The position numbers and the translations under genes were made by a program. Under the pieces are notes generated by a model, which was given only the letters and a program-made list of their open reading frames with translations, made no database searches and was not told the DNA's origin. From contig CM059431.1 in the NCBI GenBank assembly GCA_030390025.1, positions 98,582,001 through 98,646,000 on the forward strand: a stretch of DNA of 64,000 bases. Reading direction: 5' to 3'. Below, piece by piece: positions 35,646 to 49,669 of this stretch. Position 1 is the first letter of the stretch; every line of letters begins with the position of its first letter. Source of the stretch: Squalus acanthias. Its lineage: Eukaryota.

Positions 35646-35721
35646 TCACACGGAATTGGTCGAACATCCTGAGTTTTGGGTTATATAACACTGAAGAGAC
35701 TTATCACCAATTGGGTGCTCC
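35646..35721 (-). CDS. RASA3: RASA3 last coding exon (EHPIGDKSLQCYITQNSGCSTNSV*)
   Basis: T-rich TAG acceptor, EHPIGDKS motif, TGA at 35646-35648. Confidence 0.93.
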
Positions 35722-35789
35722 CTAAAAAAAAAATCAAAATACAGAATTAAATCATCTTCAAAGTAGTTTGTTGCACATTTGAAATAGTG

Positions 35790-36475
35790 GGGGTACAGAG
35801 TCCCAAATCATTGAAGGTGGCAGGGCAAGTGAAGGCAGTGAAGAAAGCGTCTGGGATACTTGGCTTTGTAAATAGGGGCATTGAACAGAAAAACAAAGAA
35901 GTCATGGTAAACCTTTATAAATCACTGGTTAGACCACAGCTGGAGTATTGTGGCCAATTCTGGGCACCGCACTTTAGGAAGGATGTCAAGGCCTTGGAGA
36001 GGGTGCAGAGGAAAGTCACCAGGAAGATATCAGGGATGAGGGACTTCAGTTATGTGGATAGACCGGAGAAGCTGGGATTGTTCTCCTTTGAGCAGAGAAG
36101 GTTGAGAGGAGATTTGATAGAGGTGTTCAAAATCATGAAGGGTTTGATAGAGAAACTGTTTCCAGTGGCAGGAGGGTCGGTAACCAGAGGACACAGATTT
36201 AAGGTGATTGGCAAAAGAACCAGAGGTGAGATGAGGAAACAATTTTTTACGCAGCGAGTTGTTGTGATCTGGAACGCGCTGCCTGAAAGGGCGGTGGAAG
36301 CAGATTCAATAGTAACTTTCAAAAGGGAATTGGATAAATACTTGAAGGGGAGAAATTTGCAGGGCTCCGGGGAAAGAGCAGGGGGAGTGGGACTAATTGG
36401 AGAGCTCTTTCAAAGAGCCGGCACAGGCACGATGGGCCGAATGGCCTCCTCCTGTGCTGTATCATTCTATGATTC
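35790..36475 (+). mobile_element. CR1 3' fragment in the last RASA3 intron
   Basis: ORF 35787-36632 carries CR1 C-terminal motifs. Confidence 0.9.
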
Positions 36476-36879
36476 TTCCTGCTCTTACCCCTCCCAATCC
36501 CCCAGGCCACCAACTGCGGTGGAAGTGTGCCTGTTTGGGAAGGGGATAGAAGCGAGTCTTGCCCATTCAACCCCCTGTCTCCAAAAATTAAAGGGACTAC
36601 CCATGTCTCCGTTGATGTCCCCAAGTGATTAATGGGTCAATCCAGTGGTGGCAATGTGAAGGGCAGGAATATTACATCGAATGTACAGCACAGAAACAGT
36701 CCATTCGGCCCATCTGGTCCTTGCCAAGTGTTTCTGCTCCACACGAGCCTCCTCCCACCCTTCTTCGTCTCACCCCATCAGCAAGAGTGCAATTTCTTGC
36801 AAACATATCCAATTTGACACATTTTTATGGGGATGGATTACTGCAGGAGGGAAAACCTTGCACAAAATGTGACACTTAC

Positions 36880-37063
36880 TGGCTGCCATACTTTGTCCTC
36901 TTGAACTTATTCCTCTTATACTGAGCGTGCTCCATCTCCAAGGTTTCGACAGCAGCTATGATCTGTTTTAGTACTTTATACGTCTCCTGAGGGTCATCGA
37001 TGATGAAGGTTGAATATTCCTCCTGCTCCGGGCCGTCATACACAGACTTGCTGCCACATGCCT
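36880..37063 (-). CDS. RASA3: RASA3 penultimate exon ([60 protein letters not shown])
   Basis: 184 nt, CAG/GTAAGT. Confidence 0.95.
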
Positions 37064-37889
37064 CTGGTAACAAGAGTGAAATGGAGGTGATTATTTTGAG
37101 AAATAGAACTGTACACAACAACAACTTGTATTTATATAGCACCTTTAACATAGTAAAACCTCCCAAGGTGCTTCACAGGAGCGATTATCAGACAAAATTT
37201 GACACCGAGCCTCATAAGGAGATATAAGGACAGGTGACTGTGTCAAAGAAGTCGGTTTTAAGGGGCGTCTTAAAGGAGAGAGAGAGGTGGAGAGGTTTAG
37301 GGAGGGAATTCCAGAGCTTAGGGCCCAGGCAGCTGAAGGCACGGCCGCCAATGGTGGAGCGATGAAAATCGAAGATGCGCGAGAGGCCAGAACTGGAGGA
37401 GCGCAGAGCTGACGGCTAAACTTAAAAGAGAAAAAGTTAACCGACAACCTAGTAGTTAAGGCAGCTCCTACTCTAGTACTAAGTTATATGGACCACTAAA
37501 TCTTAAGTGTGATTCCTGGTCTGGGCCGAGTTTGCCGATAAGAATCGGAGCAATAATTGGGGTGTGGCTGTTGGGTGCAGTGTCCTTGGGCTAGGGAGGG
37601 ACAAGATGATCAGCCTGGGCTCCCTGCTCGTAAGTCAGTGTACACGGACGTCAGGCAAGAAAGGGATGTAGCCGCCCACAGTCCAACAGCTCGCTCGTGC
37701 TCACTGTGCAGGTTCACACGCGCGGAGTCTGTGCTGGGTACCAGAGTGCGGTTGGAACAAAATCCCAGCCTCGAGTCTTCGAGAAAAAAGTCAGAGAGAA
37801 AATGTTTTTTCAAAGCTGACAAAGTAGATCGCTCCCCAGCTGTAGTGCAACACCAGGAAATCATCCCCTTACACAGAATTACATTACAT

Positions 37890-38750
37890 CTAATTTACAG
37901 CACAGAAATAGGCCATTCGGCCCATCTGGTCCGTGCCGGTGTTTCTGCTCCACACCAGCCTCCTCCCACTCCTCTTCATCTCACCCTATCAACATATCCT
38001 TCTATTCCTTTCCCCCTCATGTGTTTATTGAGCTTCCCCTTAAATGCATCGATACTATTCACCTCAACCTCTCCCTGTGGTAGCGAGTTCCACATTCTCA
38101 CCACTCTCTGGGTAAAGAAGTTTCTCCTGAATTTCCTACTGGATTTATTAGTGACTAGGATAAGGGGTAAGCCATTTAGGACTGAGATGAGGAGGAATTT
38201 CTTCACCCAGAGAGTGGTGAACCTGTGGAATTCTCTACCACACAAGGCAGTTGAGGCCAATTCATTAATATATTCAAGAAGGAGTTAGATATATTTCTTA
38301 AGGCTAAAGGGATCAAGGGATATGGGGAGAAGGCAGGGACAGGGTACTGAATTTGGATGATCAGCCATGATCTCATTAAATGGCGGAACAGGCTCGAGGG
38401 GCCGAATGGCCTACTCCTGCTCCTATCTTCTATGTTTCTATCTTATATTTATGGCCCCTAGTTCTGGACTGTCCCACAAGTGGAAACATCTTCTCTACGT
38501 CTACCCTATCAAACCCCTTCATAATTTTAAAGACCTCTATTAGGTCACCCCTCAGCCTTCACTTTTCTAGAGAAAAGAGCACCAGCCTGTTCAGTCTTTC
38601 CTGATATATATACCCTCACATTTCTGGTATCATCCTTGCAAATCTTTTTAGCACCTTTTCCAGTGCCTCAATATCCTTTTTATAATATGGAGACCAGAAC
38701 TGTGCACAGTACTCCAAGTGTGCTCTGACCAAGGTTCTATATAAGTTTAA
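37890..38750 (-). mobile_element. CR1 3' fragment (minus) interrupted by a plus-strand CR1 tail (~38157-38440)
   Basis: Opposed CR1 ORF fragments; the minus copy resumes after the insert. Confidence 0.85.
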
Positions 38751-39234
38751 CAATCCCTTATATTTAAACAATTCACTGGTTGTGAATCAATAATTAATTT
38801 TATGCTTTTAATCACTCATTGGTTGTGAAGCACTTTGGGACGTGCTGAGCATGTGATTAGGAGCTAGTTCAATGCAAGATCTCGTTCTATATTTCTACAG
38901 TATGCAGCTCATGGGCACGGCAGCACAGTGCTTGTGTTACTGGACTAATCCAGTGAGTTCAAATCCCACCAGGGCAGCTTTAGAATTTTAAAACAGTTGA
39001 AAAATCTGGAAATTAAAAGCTGGTAAAAGTGACCATGAAGCTGTCGGATTGTCGTAAAAACCCATCTGGTCCACTAATGTCCTTCAGGGAAGGAAACCTG
39101 CCGTCCTTACCCAGTCTGGGCCTACACGTGACTCCAGACCCACACCAACATGATTGACTCTTAACTGGTCACTTAGTTAGGATGACTCGGGATAGCGACA
39201 CCAACAGCCCCAGAATGAGAAATAAAAATCCCCT

Positions 39235-39335
39235 CCCTCCCAGAACCACGATAGGGTTCCCCTTGTCCTCACTTTCCACCCCACCAGCCTCCACATTCAA
39301 CAGATCATCCTCCGCCATTTCCACCACCTCTTGCA
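39235..39335 (+). mobile_element. Penelope-like element coding remnant; related fragments at ~18260-18395 and 46630-46965
   Basis: Translates [37 protein letters not shown]-type C-terminal remnants in the other fragments. Confidence 0.6.
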
Positions 39336-39387
39336 TTAATGTTACCAGAGGCCATAACTTTACTATAAGAGTCTTTATATACTTCAC

Positions 39388-39491
39388 CTTGCATCTTCTC
39401 TAACTTGCTCCTGTAGGTGTTGTAAAGTGAATAGATGTGCTCGGTCTCCCTGTCACCATCTACATCTAGCTGGATGTTAGCTGGCAGCCCA
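39388..39491 (-). CDS. RASA3: RASA3 exon ([34 protein letters not shown])
   Basis: 104 nt, CAG/GTGAAG. Confidence 0.94.
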
Positions 39492-39699
39492 CTGCACAGA
39501 ACCAGAAAGACCAAATATGAAATTCAAATCATCACACTGCCACTGAACGAGAATCACCTGTAGAAAGACACGCGCACTGCACTCAGAGTTATAGCGCAAG
39601 ACAGTAACTGAGTGAGTGCAGGCTTTACCAGGGTCATAACGGTAAAATGCATAGCGCTAGAGCAGAGCTTTGCTCGACAAGTTCTTGGAATGGAGATTC

Positions 39700-40067
39700 A
39701 AACATTCACTCCCTCCACCACCGGCGCACCGTGGCTGCAGTGTGTACCATCTACAAGATGCCCTGCAGCAACTCGCCAAGGCTTCTTCAACAGCACCTCC
39801 GAAACCCGCGACCTCTTCCACCTAGAAGGACAAGGGCAGCAGGCGCATGGGAACACCACCACCTGCAAGTTCCCCTCCAAGTCACACACCAACCTGACTT
39901 GAAAATATAATCGCTGTTCCTTCATCGTCGCTGGGTCAAAATCCTGGAACTCCCTCCCTAACGGCACTGTGGGAGCACCTTCACCACACGGACTGCAGCG
40001 GTTCAAGAAGGCGGCTCACCACCACCTTCTCAAGGGCAACTACGGATGGGCAATAAATGCTGGCCTT
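39700..40067 (+). mobile_element. 3' end of another non-LTR retrotransposon (clade not assigned); second copy at ~12490-12842 (minus)
   Basis: IHSLHHRRTVAAVCTIYKM.CSNSPRLL coding remnant followed by a tail shared with SINE family 2. Confidence 0.75.
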
Positions 40068-40701
40068 TAAAAGAAACATGGAGATTGGCTCTCCTGATTC
40101 ACGGCACTCCCAATTTTCCACTGATTAATTGTAGCCACTAGAAAATCGGCAGTGTTGTTAGACTGGAGAAAGAGGAGCTCTTTCTGTTCGAGCAGAGCGA
40201 GGTTTAGAGGAGATCTGATGGAGGGGTTTTGATAAAGTAAATTGGAAAAACTAGTTACACTGGTCAGTGAGTCAGTAACTACAGGATATAAATTTGAGAT
40301 CAACACCAAAATAACAAAGGGACAGGTTAGGAGAATTTATTTTTTACGCAGAGGGTTGTTAGGATATGGAAAGCCCAACCAGAAACAGTGAGGGAAGCAG
40401 AATACAGAACATCTTTTAAAAGGGAAGGGGCTGCATATATATTTAAAAAAGAAAAACTTAAAGGGGTCTTAGTGTGAGGCAGGGGGAGTGAGACTCAGGG
40501 ACAGCTCATTCAGAGAGCCGGCACAGGCACGATGGGCCGAATGGCCTCCTGTGCTCCGAAACAAGGGAATGCTGGAGTGCACCTCATCACTTAACACTTT
40601 CTATTTTATGTTCCTGCGCTTTATGAAACTGTTCATTACAATCCGCTTCACGTAAACACAAAGTCTAAAATCGAGAGGAGGAAGCACTCAGTCGCTCTTA
40701 C

Positions 40702-40910
40702 CCAGTGCAAGGGGTACAGCCTGGCGCACAGTCTGCACTGGTTTTACAACAGAGCCAGTGCCCATTGAGGTAGGCTGAGGGATGGTACATGGTCAATCGC
40801 TTATTGTTGCACTGGCTAACTTTCGTCAAGATGTCAATCCAGTCTTTTGCCTCCACGCAGTTGTTGGCCTGTATGTACAGCGCTCTTTCTGGCTGAATGA
40901 CTTGAAACAT
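40702..40910 (-). CDS. RASA3: RASA3 exon: end of PH domain and Btk Zn motif ([14 protein letters not shown]...[28 protein letters not shown])
   Basis: Btk motif H..CC..C; 209 nt, TAG/GTAAG. Confidence 0.96.
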
Positions 40911-41069
40911 CTAAATTAAAACACAGCAGCAAATAATTAGCTCAAACTTTGCATTAAACGAGAGCCCCGCAGCATTGGGGTGTAATTACATATTCCTCGA
41001 TTTTCTGAAACTCAACTGGTTCAATATGTCTGAGCTGTGGTTCGGACTGTACATTCTGCAGGGGAAGCA

Positions 41070-41910
41070 CAACATCCATTCCTGGTTGAGCCGCAATTTC
41101 CTCCAACTAAACATGGGGAAGACCGAAGCCATGGTCTTGGAAGCCCGCCACAAACTCTGTTTCCTCGCCAGCGACTCCAACACTCTCCCTGGCAACTGTC
41201 TCAGCCTGAACCAGGCTGTTCGCAACCTCGCCGTCCTATCTGACCCTGAGCTGAGCTTCTGACCCCACATCCTCGGCATCCCCCAGACCGCCTACTTCCA
41301 CCTCCCTAACATCGCCCGTCTCCGCCCCTGTCTCAGCTCATCCGCTGCTGAAACCCTCATCCGTGCCTTTGTTACCTCCAGACTCTCCATCTTCCACCCT
41401 CCATAAAACTTCAGCTCATCCAAAACTCTCCTGTGCGTCTAACCCGCATCAAGTCCCGCTCTCCCATCCCCCCTGTGCTCGCTGACCTACATTGGCTCAC
41501 TGTCCAAAATTGCCTTGATATTAAAATTCTCATCCTTGTGTTGAAATCCCTCCATGGCCTCGCCCCTCCCTATCTCTGTAATCTCCTTCAGCCCCACAAC
41601 CCTCCGAGATCTCTGCGCTCCTCCAATTCTGGCCTCTTGCGCATCTCCTGATTCCCATCGCTCCACCATTGGCGGCCGTGCTTTCAACTGCCTGGGCCCT
41701 AAGCTCTGGAATTCCCTCCCTAAACCTCTCCCCCGCTCCCTCCTTTAAGATGCTCCTTAAAACCGACCTCTTTGACCAAGCTTTTGGTCACCTGTCCTAA
41801 TATCTCCTTTTGTGGCTTGGTGTCAATTTTTGTCTGATTGCACTCCTGTGAAACACCTTGGGACCTTTTCCTATGTTAAAGGCGCTGTATAAATACAAGT
41901 CATTGTGGTT
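41070..41910 (+). mobile_element. L2-clade LINE 3' fragment; others at ~9460-9675, 13925-14330, 26340-26700, 37115-37410, 57295-57595 and 63720-64000
   Basis: WLSRNFLQLNMGKTE and LHW...KIL motifs; GGCGCT.TATAAAT.CAAG tail. Confidence 0.85.
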
Positions 41911-42094
41911 GTATCTCTGGCCCCTCGTTCCTGAGCACTCAACTATTGGAAACAGTCCTGCTTCTATCTATCCCGTCACATCCCTTCGTAATTTAAACAC
42001 TTCTATCATATCGCTCCTAATCTTCCATTTTTCAAGCCTTTGTATTTGTATTTTGAAAAACCACAGTCAGGGCAACGCATTAAATTCTACTCAC

Positions 42095-42177
42095 ATTTTT
42101 CATTTTGAAAGATTCTTCCTCCAGTTTCTCAACTGCTAGAATATTTTCAATTGGAATATTGTACAACGGGTGGTCAC
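42095..42177 (-). CDS. RASA3: RASA3 exon: PH domain ([27 protein letters not shown])
   Basis: 83 nt, TAG/GTGAGT. Confidence 0.95.
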
Positions 42178-43464
42178 CTAAAAAACAATCAGGAAAAAAA
42201 CTTATTAAATCTGGTCTTTGCAGACTGAATACAAAACCTAACTTATCGCAGGTCGCTCACCATTTATCTCAACCCTTCTGGTTCAGTTCATTCATTAAAT
42301 CACAGTCTAACTGAACAAACTTACATAGAATGACACAGAGTGTACAGCACAGAAACAGGCCATTCGGCCCCACTGCTCCGTGCCGGTGTTTATGCTCCAC
42401 ACCAGCCTCCTCCCACCCTTCACCATCTCACCCTTTCAACATATCCTTCTATTCCTTTCTCCCTCATGTGTTTATCCAGCTTCCCCTTAAATGTATCTCT
42501 GCTATTCGCTTCAACCACTCCCTGTGGTAGCGAGTTCCACATTCTCACCACTCTCTGGGTAAAGAAGTTTCTCCTGAATTCCCTGTTGGATCTATTAGTG
42601 ACTATCTTATATTTATGGCCCCTAGTTTTGGTCTCCCCACAAGTGGAAACATCTTCTCTACGTCTACCCTATCAAACCCCTTCATAATTTTAAAGATCTT
42701 TCTACTCTGGAAGTTGGTAAGTCACGGAAGAGAGGGGGGAGGGTGGCAAACTGTTGCAGTGGGGGGAGGTGCCAGGGGGCAAATGAGGTCAGCTCGGTGT
42801 GGGGGGGGGACGGGACAATGCAAGGTAATCTTTATCGGTGATGGGGTGAGTTCCATCGCCCAGCATGTTGAAAGATCCCAGGAAACTTGAGATTAGCAGT
42901 TTGCAGGTGAAGGGAAAGAGGTCTTTTAAATGTCCTAACAGCCTGACTAATGAAAGCACGCACTTGATCAACAAGAGAGGTATTTGGAAGGCCCTTGGAA
43001 TCTGGGAGATGAAAGCTGCACACCCAGATTGGTAGAGTCAGAGCAAATGGAACATTCCTGGCAGGACGTGCAAGGGGTACGGTAGCATAGTGGTGATGTC
43101 ACTGGGCTAGTAATCCTGAGGCCTGGACCAATGATCTGGGGACATGAGTTCAATTCCCACCACGGCAGCTGGGGAATTTAAATTTAATAAATAAATCTGG
43201 AATAAAAAGTCAGTGTCAGTAATGGTGACCATGTAACTGCCAGATTGTCGTAAAAACCCATCTGGTTCACTAATGTCCGTTAGGGAAGGAAATCTGCCGT
43301 CCTTACCTGGTCTGGCCTATATGTGACTCCAGACCCACAACAACATGGTTGGCTCTTAACTGCCCTCTGAAATGGCCCAGCGAGTCACTCAGTTGTAACA
43401 AACCGCTACAAAAAAGTATAAGAATAAAACCGGATGGAATCTGGAACTGTACCTCTTCCAACAT

Positions 43465-44155
43465 TCGATGGAATCTGGAACTGTACCCATGGATTGGAGG
43501 GTAGCTAATGTTACCCCACTATTCAAAAAGGGTGGTAGAGAGAAAGCGGGGAATTACATGTACAGGGCCTTGGTGAGACCACACCTTGAGTACTGTGTGC
43601 AGTTTTGGTCGCCTTATCTGAGGAAGGATGTTCTTGCCATGGAAGGAGTTCAGCGAAGATTCACAAGGCTGATACCTGGGATGGCAGGAATGACATATGA
43701 GGAGAGATTGGGTCGATTGGGCTTATACTCGCTGGAGTATAGAAGAATGAGAGGGGATCTCATCGAAACATATAAAATTCTGACAGGTCTGGACAAACTA
43801 GATGCAGGAAGAATGTTCCCGATGGTCGGAGAGTCCAGAACCAGGGGTCATAATCTAAGGATAACGGGTAAGCCATTTAGGACAGAAATGAGGAAGAATT
43901 TCTTCACCCAGAGAGTGGTGAACCTGTGGAATTCTCTACCACAGAAGGTAGTTGAGGCCATGTCATTAAATATATTCAAGAATGAGTTAGATATATTTCT
44001 GAGTTAGATATATTCCTTAAAGGTATCAAGGGATATGGGGAGAAGGCAGGTACAGGGTACTGAGTTTGGATGATCAGCCATGATCTCATCGAATGGCGGA
44101 GCAGGCTCGAGGGGCCGAATGGCCTACTCCTGCTCCTATCTTCTATGTTTCTATG
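43465..44155 (+). mobile_element. CR1 fragment with an internal deletion
   Basis: [14 protein letters not shown] joined directly to MYRALVRPHLEYC in ORF 43468-44007. Confidence 0.9.
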
Positions 44156-44517
44156 ACCACCCAGCATCGACCTAGGTGACCCTGCAAAGTCCTCCTCACC
44201 AACATCTGGGGACTTGTGCCAAAATTGGGAGAGCTGTCTCACAGACTAGTCAAGCAACAACCTGACATAGTCAAAGAACCATACCTTTCAATGTTCCTAT
44301 ATGAGATTTTTGTTAACCAAAGGTATTAAGGGATATGGGGCAAAGGCGGGTATATGGAGTTCGGTCACAGATCAGCCATGATCTCACTGACTGGCAGAAC
44401 AGGCTCAAGGGGCTGAATGGCCTCCTCCGGTTCCTATGTTCCTGTGACATTACTCTCTTCGTCTGAAAAGGAAAACGGTGAGATTATTTACGAGGCTAGG
44501 ATTGCGCGACGTGTCAC

Positions 44518-44624
44518 CTTTGTGCTTGTGATAGGTGAACTCGTGGTTGGTGAGGCGAAACCATCTCTTCTTAAAATTCTTGATGCCGAAACGATTTCTT
44601 CCCTGCGCTCTCTTGATCATAAAC
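44518..44624 (-). CDS. RASA3: RASA3 exon: PH domain inositide-binding loop ([35 protein letters not shown])
   Basis: [16 protein letters not shown] motif; 107 nt, TAG/GTGAC. Confidence 0.96.
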
Positions 44625-47600
44625 CTAAATGGAAAACCATAAATACCAGTCGCAAGGGTTAGCAAACTAAATCCTTACAGTCACCAAGGAAGTAAAGTCG
44701 GTCAGGAAATAAAAAAAACTGGGAGGGATTTCGACGATGGACGTGAAGTGACACAGGAGAAAGTAGTCAAAGGGCCCATCATCCTCTAAAGGGTTGTCTT
44801 TCTGAGCGCAGGCTCCAGACTTGGTGCCTCAGCTGCGGGAGCACCCACCGTTTCCCAGTTTGACTCCCGATGGGCAAGTCGACCACGCCTGGAGCACGTG
44901 CTCAGAAAATCAGCCCTTCAACATGCCCCGGCTGCACACAGCAGCTTTTACTCTTTGCTATTTGGCAGGCTACAGTAGTGTACTGGTTATGTTACTGGAG
45001 TGGTAACCTGAGTTGCTTAGATTGATAATCCAGAGAATTTGAGTTCAAATCCCACCAGGGCAGTTTGAGAATTTGACTTCAGTTGAAATAAAAAGCTGGT
45101 CTCAGTAAAAGTGACCGTGAAGCTGTCGGATTGTCATAAAAACCCAACTGACGTCCTTTAGGGAAGGAAACCTGCCGTCCTTCCCCGGTCTGGGCCTATA
45201 TGTGACTCCAGTCCCACACCAACCTGGTTAACTGCCCTCTGAGGTGGCCCAGCAAGACACTCAGTTGTACCAAACCAGGGCAATAAGGGATGGCAATAAA
45301 TGCTGGCCTTGCCAGCAATGCCCACATTCTACCTTAAAGAGTTGGAGCCACAGAGTTAGAAGTTCACAGTCAATGGGCAGAAATTCTAGCTCTAGAATTG
45401 ATTTTTTTAAGATTTAAGTTCTTACGACTGTTTCCAACTTTGGCCTTGTCTATTTTTATGGTGCATCCTTGTGTCCCAGAGTGATTCAGCAATCTGTGCA
45501 CTGCAACATTTTATAAAAATCCATCGCTGTCTTGGAAAGTATTTGAATCCACATTGATGGTAAGATTTATTTGTTAAAATTTTAAAAGCTAAAAACAATT
45601 GTCCCGAATAATTCTGCATCACTATTCTCACCATGGATAGATTCTAAGTTTTTCATTCTTTTATTAAAATCTGTCCTTTTCCCAACAGATACAAAGACCC
45701 CACAGCCTGTCCCAAACAAGGTCTGGAACACTTCTTCTCTGTTTAACACTCGCTTGTGGTCATTAGTGCTGGGACAAGACTCGCTGACCCCCTTCCTGAA
45801 CTCAGAGAGTCAGTGTGATCGTTCTGTGCAGTGAGTCTCCTGTAACTCCCGTCAGTTACAACCACCAGGTCCGCCAACAGCTCCCGACGGTAATAACGGC
45901 GTGGGGTGGGGATCCGGCTACTCGCTGGCTAACCTGCGGCCCACTGCGCCCTGTACCTGCATCACCTTCAGCAAGGCACAGAATGGAGAGGAGAACCGAT
46001 GATCACTTTCTAAAGTTTAAATATACGCGGCAAATCACAAATATTAAACACATCTCATGTTCGCCAACAGTGGGCTGGCAAATCATGATCTGAACAGGGC
46101 TGTCCGAGTATTTCCGGGATTATATACAGCACAGTGTACTCCCGAATGCTGTGTGGTTTAACAATGAAGTTTGCTTATATTGACTCATTGCCCGCTCAAT
46201 ACCTTGCGGGGGAGTTTGGTCAGGTCAGTGACATTAATGTCACCAGCAGCCATACTTTGCAAACTGAAGCTTCCTCAGCTTATCACAAAACCAACAAGCG
46301 CGATCTTTGGAGAGTACAAAGGGTGACGGCCCTCTCCTGTGCCTCCCGCCACCACCCTCGCCAATAGTTCCCGACAGTAATAACATCGTGGGGCGGGAAT
46401 CTGGCTGCTCACTGGCTACCCTCCAGCCCACTCACTGCACTGGAGGGGAGAATCGAGGGCAGGAGTGGGATGTCCACCCCTTAGCATCTGGTCCTTTGAT
46501 TTAACAGGCGCCACAGATTAATGTGCATCTTACCTGCACCAACTATTACCATCAACTCTCTTTACAGTAAGTTTTAAAGTCCGTAAAAGCGCAGCCACTT
46601 GACCAAGTAAGAAAGGACAGACAGAAATAAAATTCAAAAGCAAAATACTGCGGATGCTGGAAATCTGAAATAACAACAGAAAATACTGGAAATACTCAGC
46701 AGGCCAGGCAGCATCCGTGGAGAGAGAAACAGAGTTAACGTTTCAGGTCTGGGACCCTTCATCAGAACTGGAAAAAGTTAGAGATGTAACAGGTTTTAAG
46801 CAGGTGCAGAGGCAGGGAAAGGGAGAGGGGGGGGGGGAGGGAGGAACTGAAGGAACAGTCTGTGCTAGGGTAGGAGGCAGGAGAGATTAAACAGCACCTC
46901 ATCTTTCGATCAGCCACTTTACAGCCTTCTGGACTCAGCATTGAGTTCAACAATTTCAGACAATAACCCCTGCCCCCATTTTTCAGGCTGTTGATGATTC
47001 TGCCATCCCCATTTGCAACATTTAATCTCTCCTGCCTCCTACCCTGGCACAGAAATAAAATTCAGATAGGTGAGGACAGAGGCAGAGATTCAGAGTACTA
47101 TTTACAGCAGGAACGACTGAACAGGTTGAGGCTCTTTTCTCTAGAAAAGAGAAGGCCGAGGGGGGGCGACCCGATAGAGGTCTTTAAAATTACAAAGAGG
47201 TTCAATAGGTTAGACGTAGAGAAGATGTTTCCACTTGTGGGGGAGACCAAAACTAGGGGCCGTAAATATAAGATAATCACCAATAAATGACTGATATAAA
47301 AATGATGAATAAGATTCCAAGTGGAGAGGGAATAGAAACCGAGCAGGCAGATAAACAGCAGGCTCGGCCAGCCCGTACACTGGGGGGTGGGGAGGGAAGG
47401 TGACACACTGACGCAAGGGTGATTGCCTGAATTCTGAGGGGCTGTGGATGGTGTAGTGTTGGGTGGTAATATTGCGCTGCGGGAGAGGAGAGAAAGGAGA
47501 TTGTGGTTTTGTTACAGACACAGAATGAGGTGCAGATCAGCCATGAAAGAAAGAAAGACTTGCATTTATATAGCGCCTTTCACGACCACCAGATGTCTCA

Positions 47601-47874
47601 AAGTGCTTTACAATCAATGAAGTATTTTTGAAGTGTAGTCACTGTTGTAATGTGGGAAACGCTGCAGCCAATTTGCGCACAGCAAGCTCCCACAAACAAC
47701 AATGTGGTAATGACCAGATAATCTGTTTTTGTTATGTTGGTTGAGGGATAAATATTGGCCCAGGATACCAGGGATAACTCCCCTGCTCTTCTTCGAAATA
47801 GTGCTGTGAGATCTTTTACGTCCACCTGAGAGAGCAGAAGGGGCCTTGGTTTAACGTCTCAACTGAAAGACGGC

Positions 47875-48337
47875 ACCTCCGACAGTGCGGCACTCCCTCA
47901 GTACTGCCCCTCCGACAGTGTGGCGCTCCCTCAGTACTGTCCCTCCGACAGTGCGGCACTCCCTCAGTACTGCCCCTCTGACAGTGCGGCGCTCCCTCAG
48001 TACTGCCCCTCTGACAGTGCAGCGCTCCCTCTGTACTGCCCCTCCGACAGTGCGGCGCTCCCTCAGTACTGCTCCTCCGACAGTGCAGCACTCCCTCAGT
48101 ACTGCCCCTCCGACAGTGCAGCGCCCCCTCAGTACTGCCCCCTCCGACAGTGCGGCACTCCCTCAGCACTGCCCCTCCGACAGTGCACACTCCCTCAGTA
48201 CTGCCCCTCTGACAGTGCAGCGCTCCCTCAGTACTGCCCCTCCGACAGTGCGACGCTCCCTCAGTACTGCCCCTCTGACAGTGCGGCGCTCCCTCAGTAC
48301 TGCCCCTCCGACAGTGCGGCGCTCCCCCAGTACTGCA
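47875..48337. repeat. Same 33-bp minisatellite, ~14 copies, inside a Deu-SINE
   Basis: Direct tandem repeats. Confidence 0.95.
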
Positions 48338-49669
48338 CTGGTGTGTCAGCCTAGCTTTATGTGCTCAAGTCTCTGGAGTGGGATTTGAACCCACAACCTT
48401 CTGACTCAGAGGCGAGGGTGCTGCCCACTGAGCCAGTGCTGACACTGATCTGATTGAATGGCGGAGCAGGTTCGAGGGGCTGAATTTCCTCCTCCTGTTC
48501 CTAGAGTAGACGAATTGTCCAGATACCTTTGACATATTATTTTAATAGTGTGGAGTGATGGGTCATTTGTTGCATGACGCAGATCATCGTTTATTTTAGT
48601 TCATTTTATTTCTCTCCTAAAACAGCCCAGCTGGCGGAAACTGACCTCTAAACTCTCGACCTTGCCAGAGTGACAGGAAACGATTGATTCACAAAGTGCC
48701 ACTGTTCACAACTACAGCCACCGCTTTCCATGTCACCCACGGTAAATATTAACCAGTTCCTGAAATGCGTTATTATCTGCAAAGAAAGTGAATCTGTTGT
48801 TCTCCGTTGTTGCCCGTCAGCGAGCACCTGGATAGAAGGAGATGTGAGCAGGAACGTTGGAGCAGAGGAGCGAGGATGGACAATGGAAACAGTTCGGTCT
48901 TCAGACCTCTGGAGAACTCGCACACTCTGGCAGCAGGTGTGAAAAAATAGTGAGCAGAGAAAGTTAAGGGGAGATTTAATCGAGGTGTTCAAAATGATGA
49001 GGGTTTTGATCGAGTAAATAAGGAGAAACTGTTTCCACTGACAGGAGGGTCGGGAACCAGAGGGGGAGATGAGGAGAATTTTTACGCAGTGAGTTGTTGT
49101 GATCAGGAATGCGCTGCCTGAAAGGGCGGTGGAAGTAGATTCAATAATAACTTTCAAAAGGGAATTGGATAAATACTAGAAAAGGAAAAATTTACAGGGG
49201 GGAGTGGGACTAATTGGAGAGCTCTTTCAAAGAGCCGGCACAGGCACGATGGGCCGAATGGCCTCCTTCTGTGCTGTAAGATTCTCTGATCTTTCCCCTG
49301 ACCCCAGTTAGTGCTGTTTAAAACTTGAACTAAAAGGTTAGAGTTTTCTCCCCGCTCAGAAACTTTTTTATGTAGATTTAGCCAAGATTTTGGGCCCACT
49401 TTTCTAAAGATAAATGTGGGGTGTATTTCACAAACCAGCTCTCCTGCTGCTGAGTGTCACACTCTGAGGGCACTGATCAGAAGAGAGGGCAGGCGATTAA
49501 CCTGCCCGTTTTACTGCCAGACCAATTCCTCATCCATTAATAATAACGGATAATAATTCAGGTGAGCTGTGAGAGGGACATTCTAACCCCAACGCCTGAT
49601 GTTCCAATCAGTGCTCTCCGCACACAACTCTGCACCAAAAGCATGATTCTACCCCTATAAAGCAGGGTA

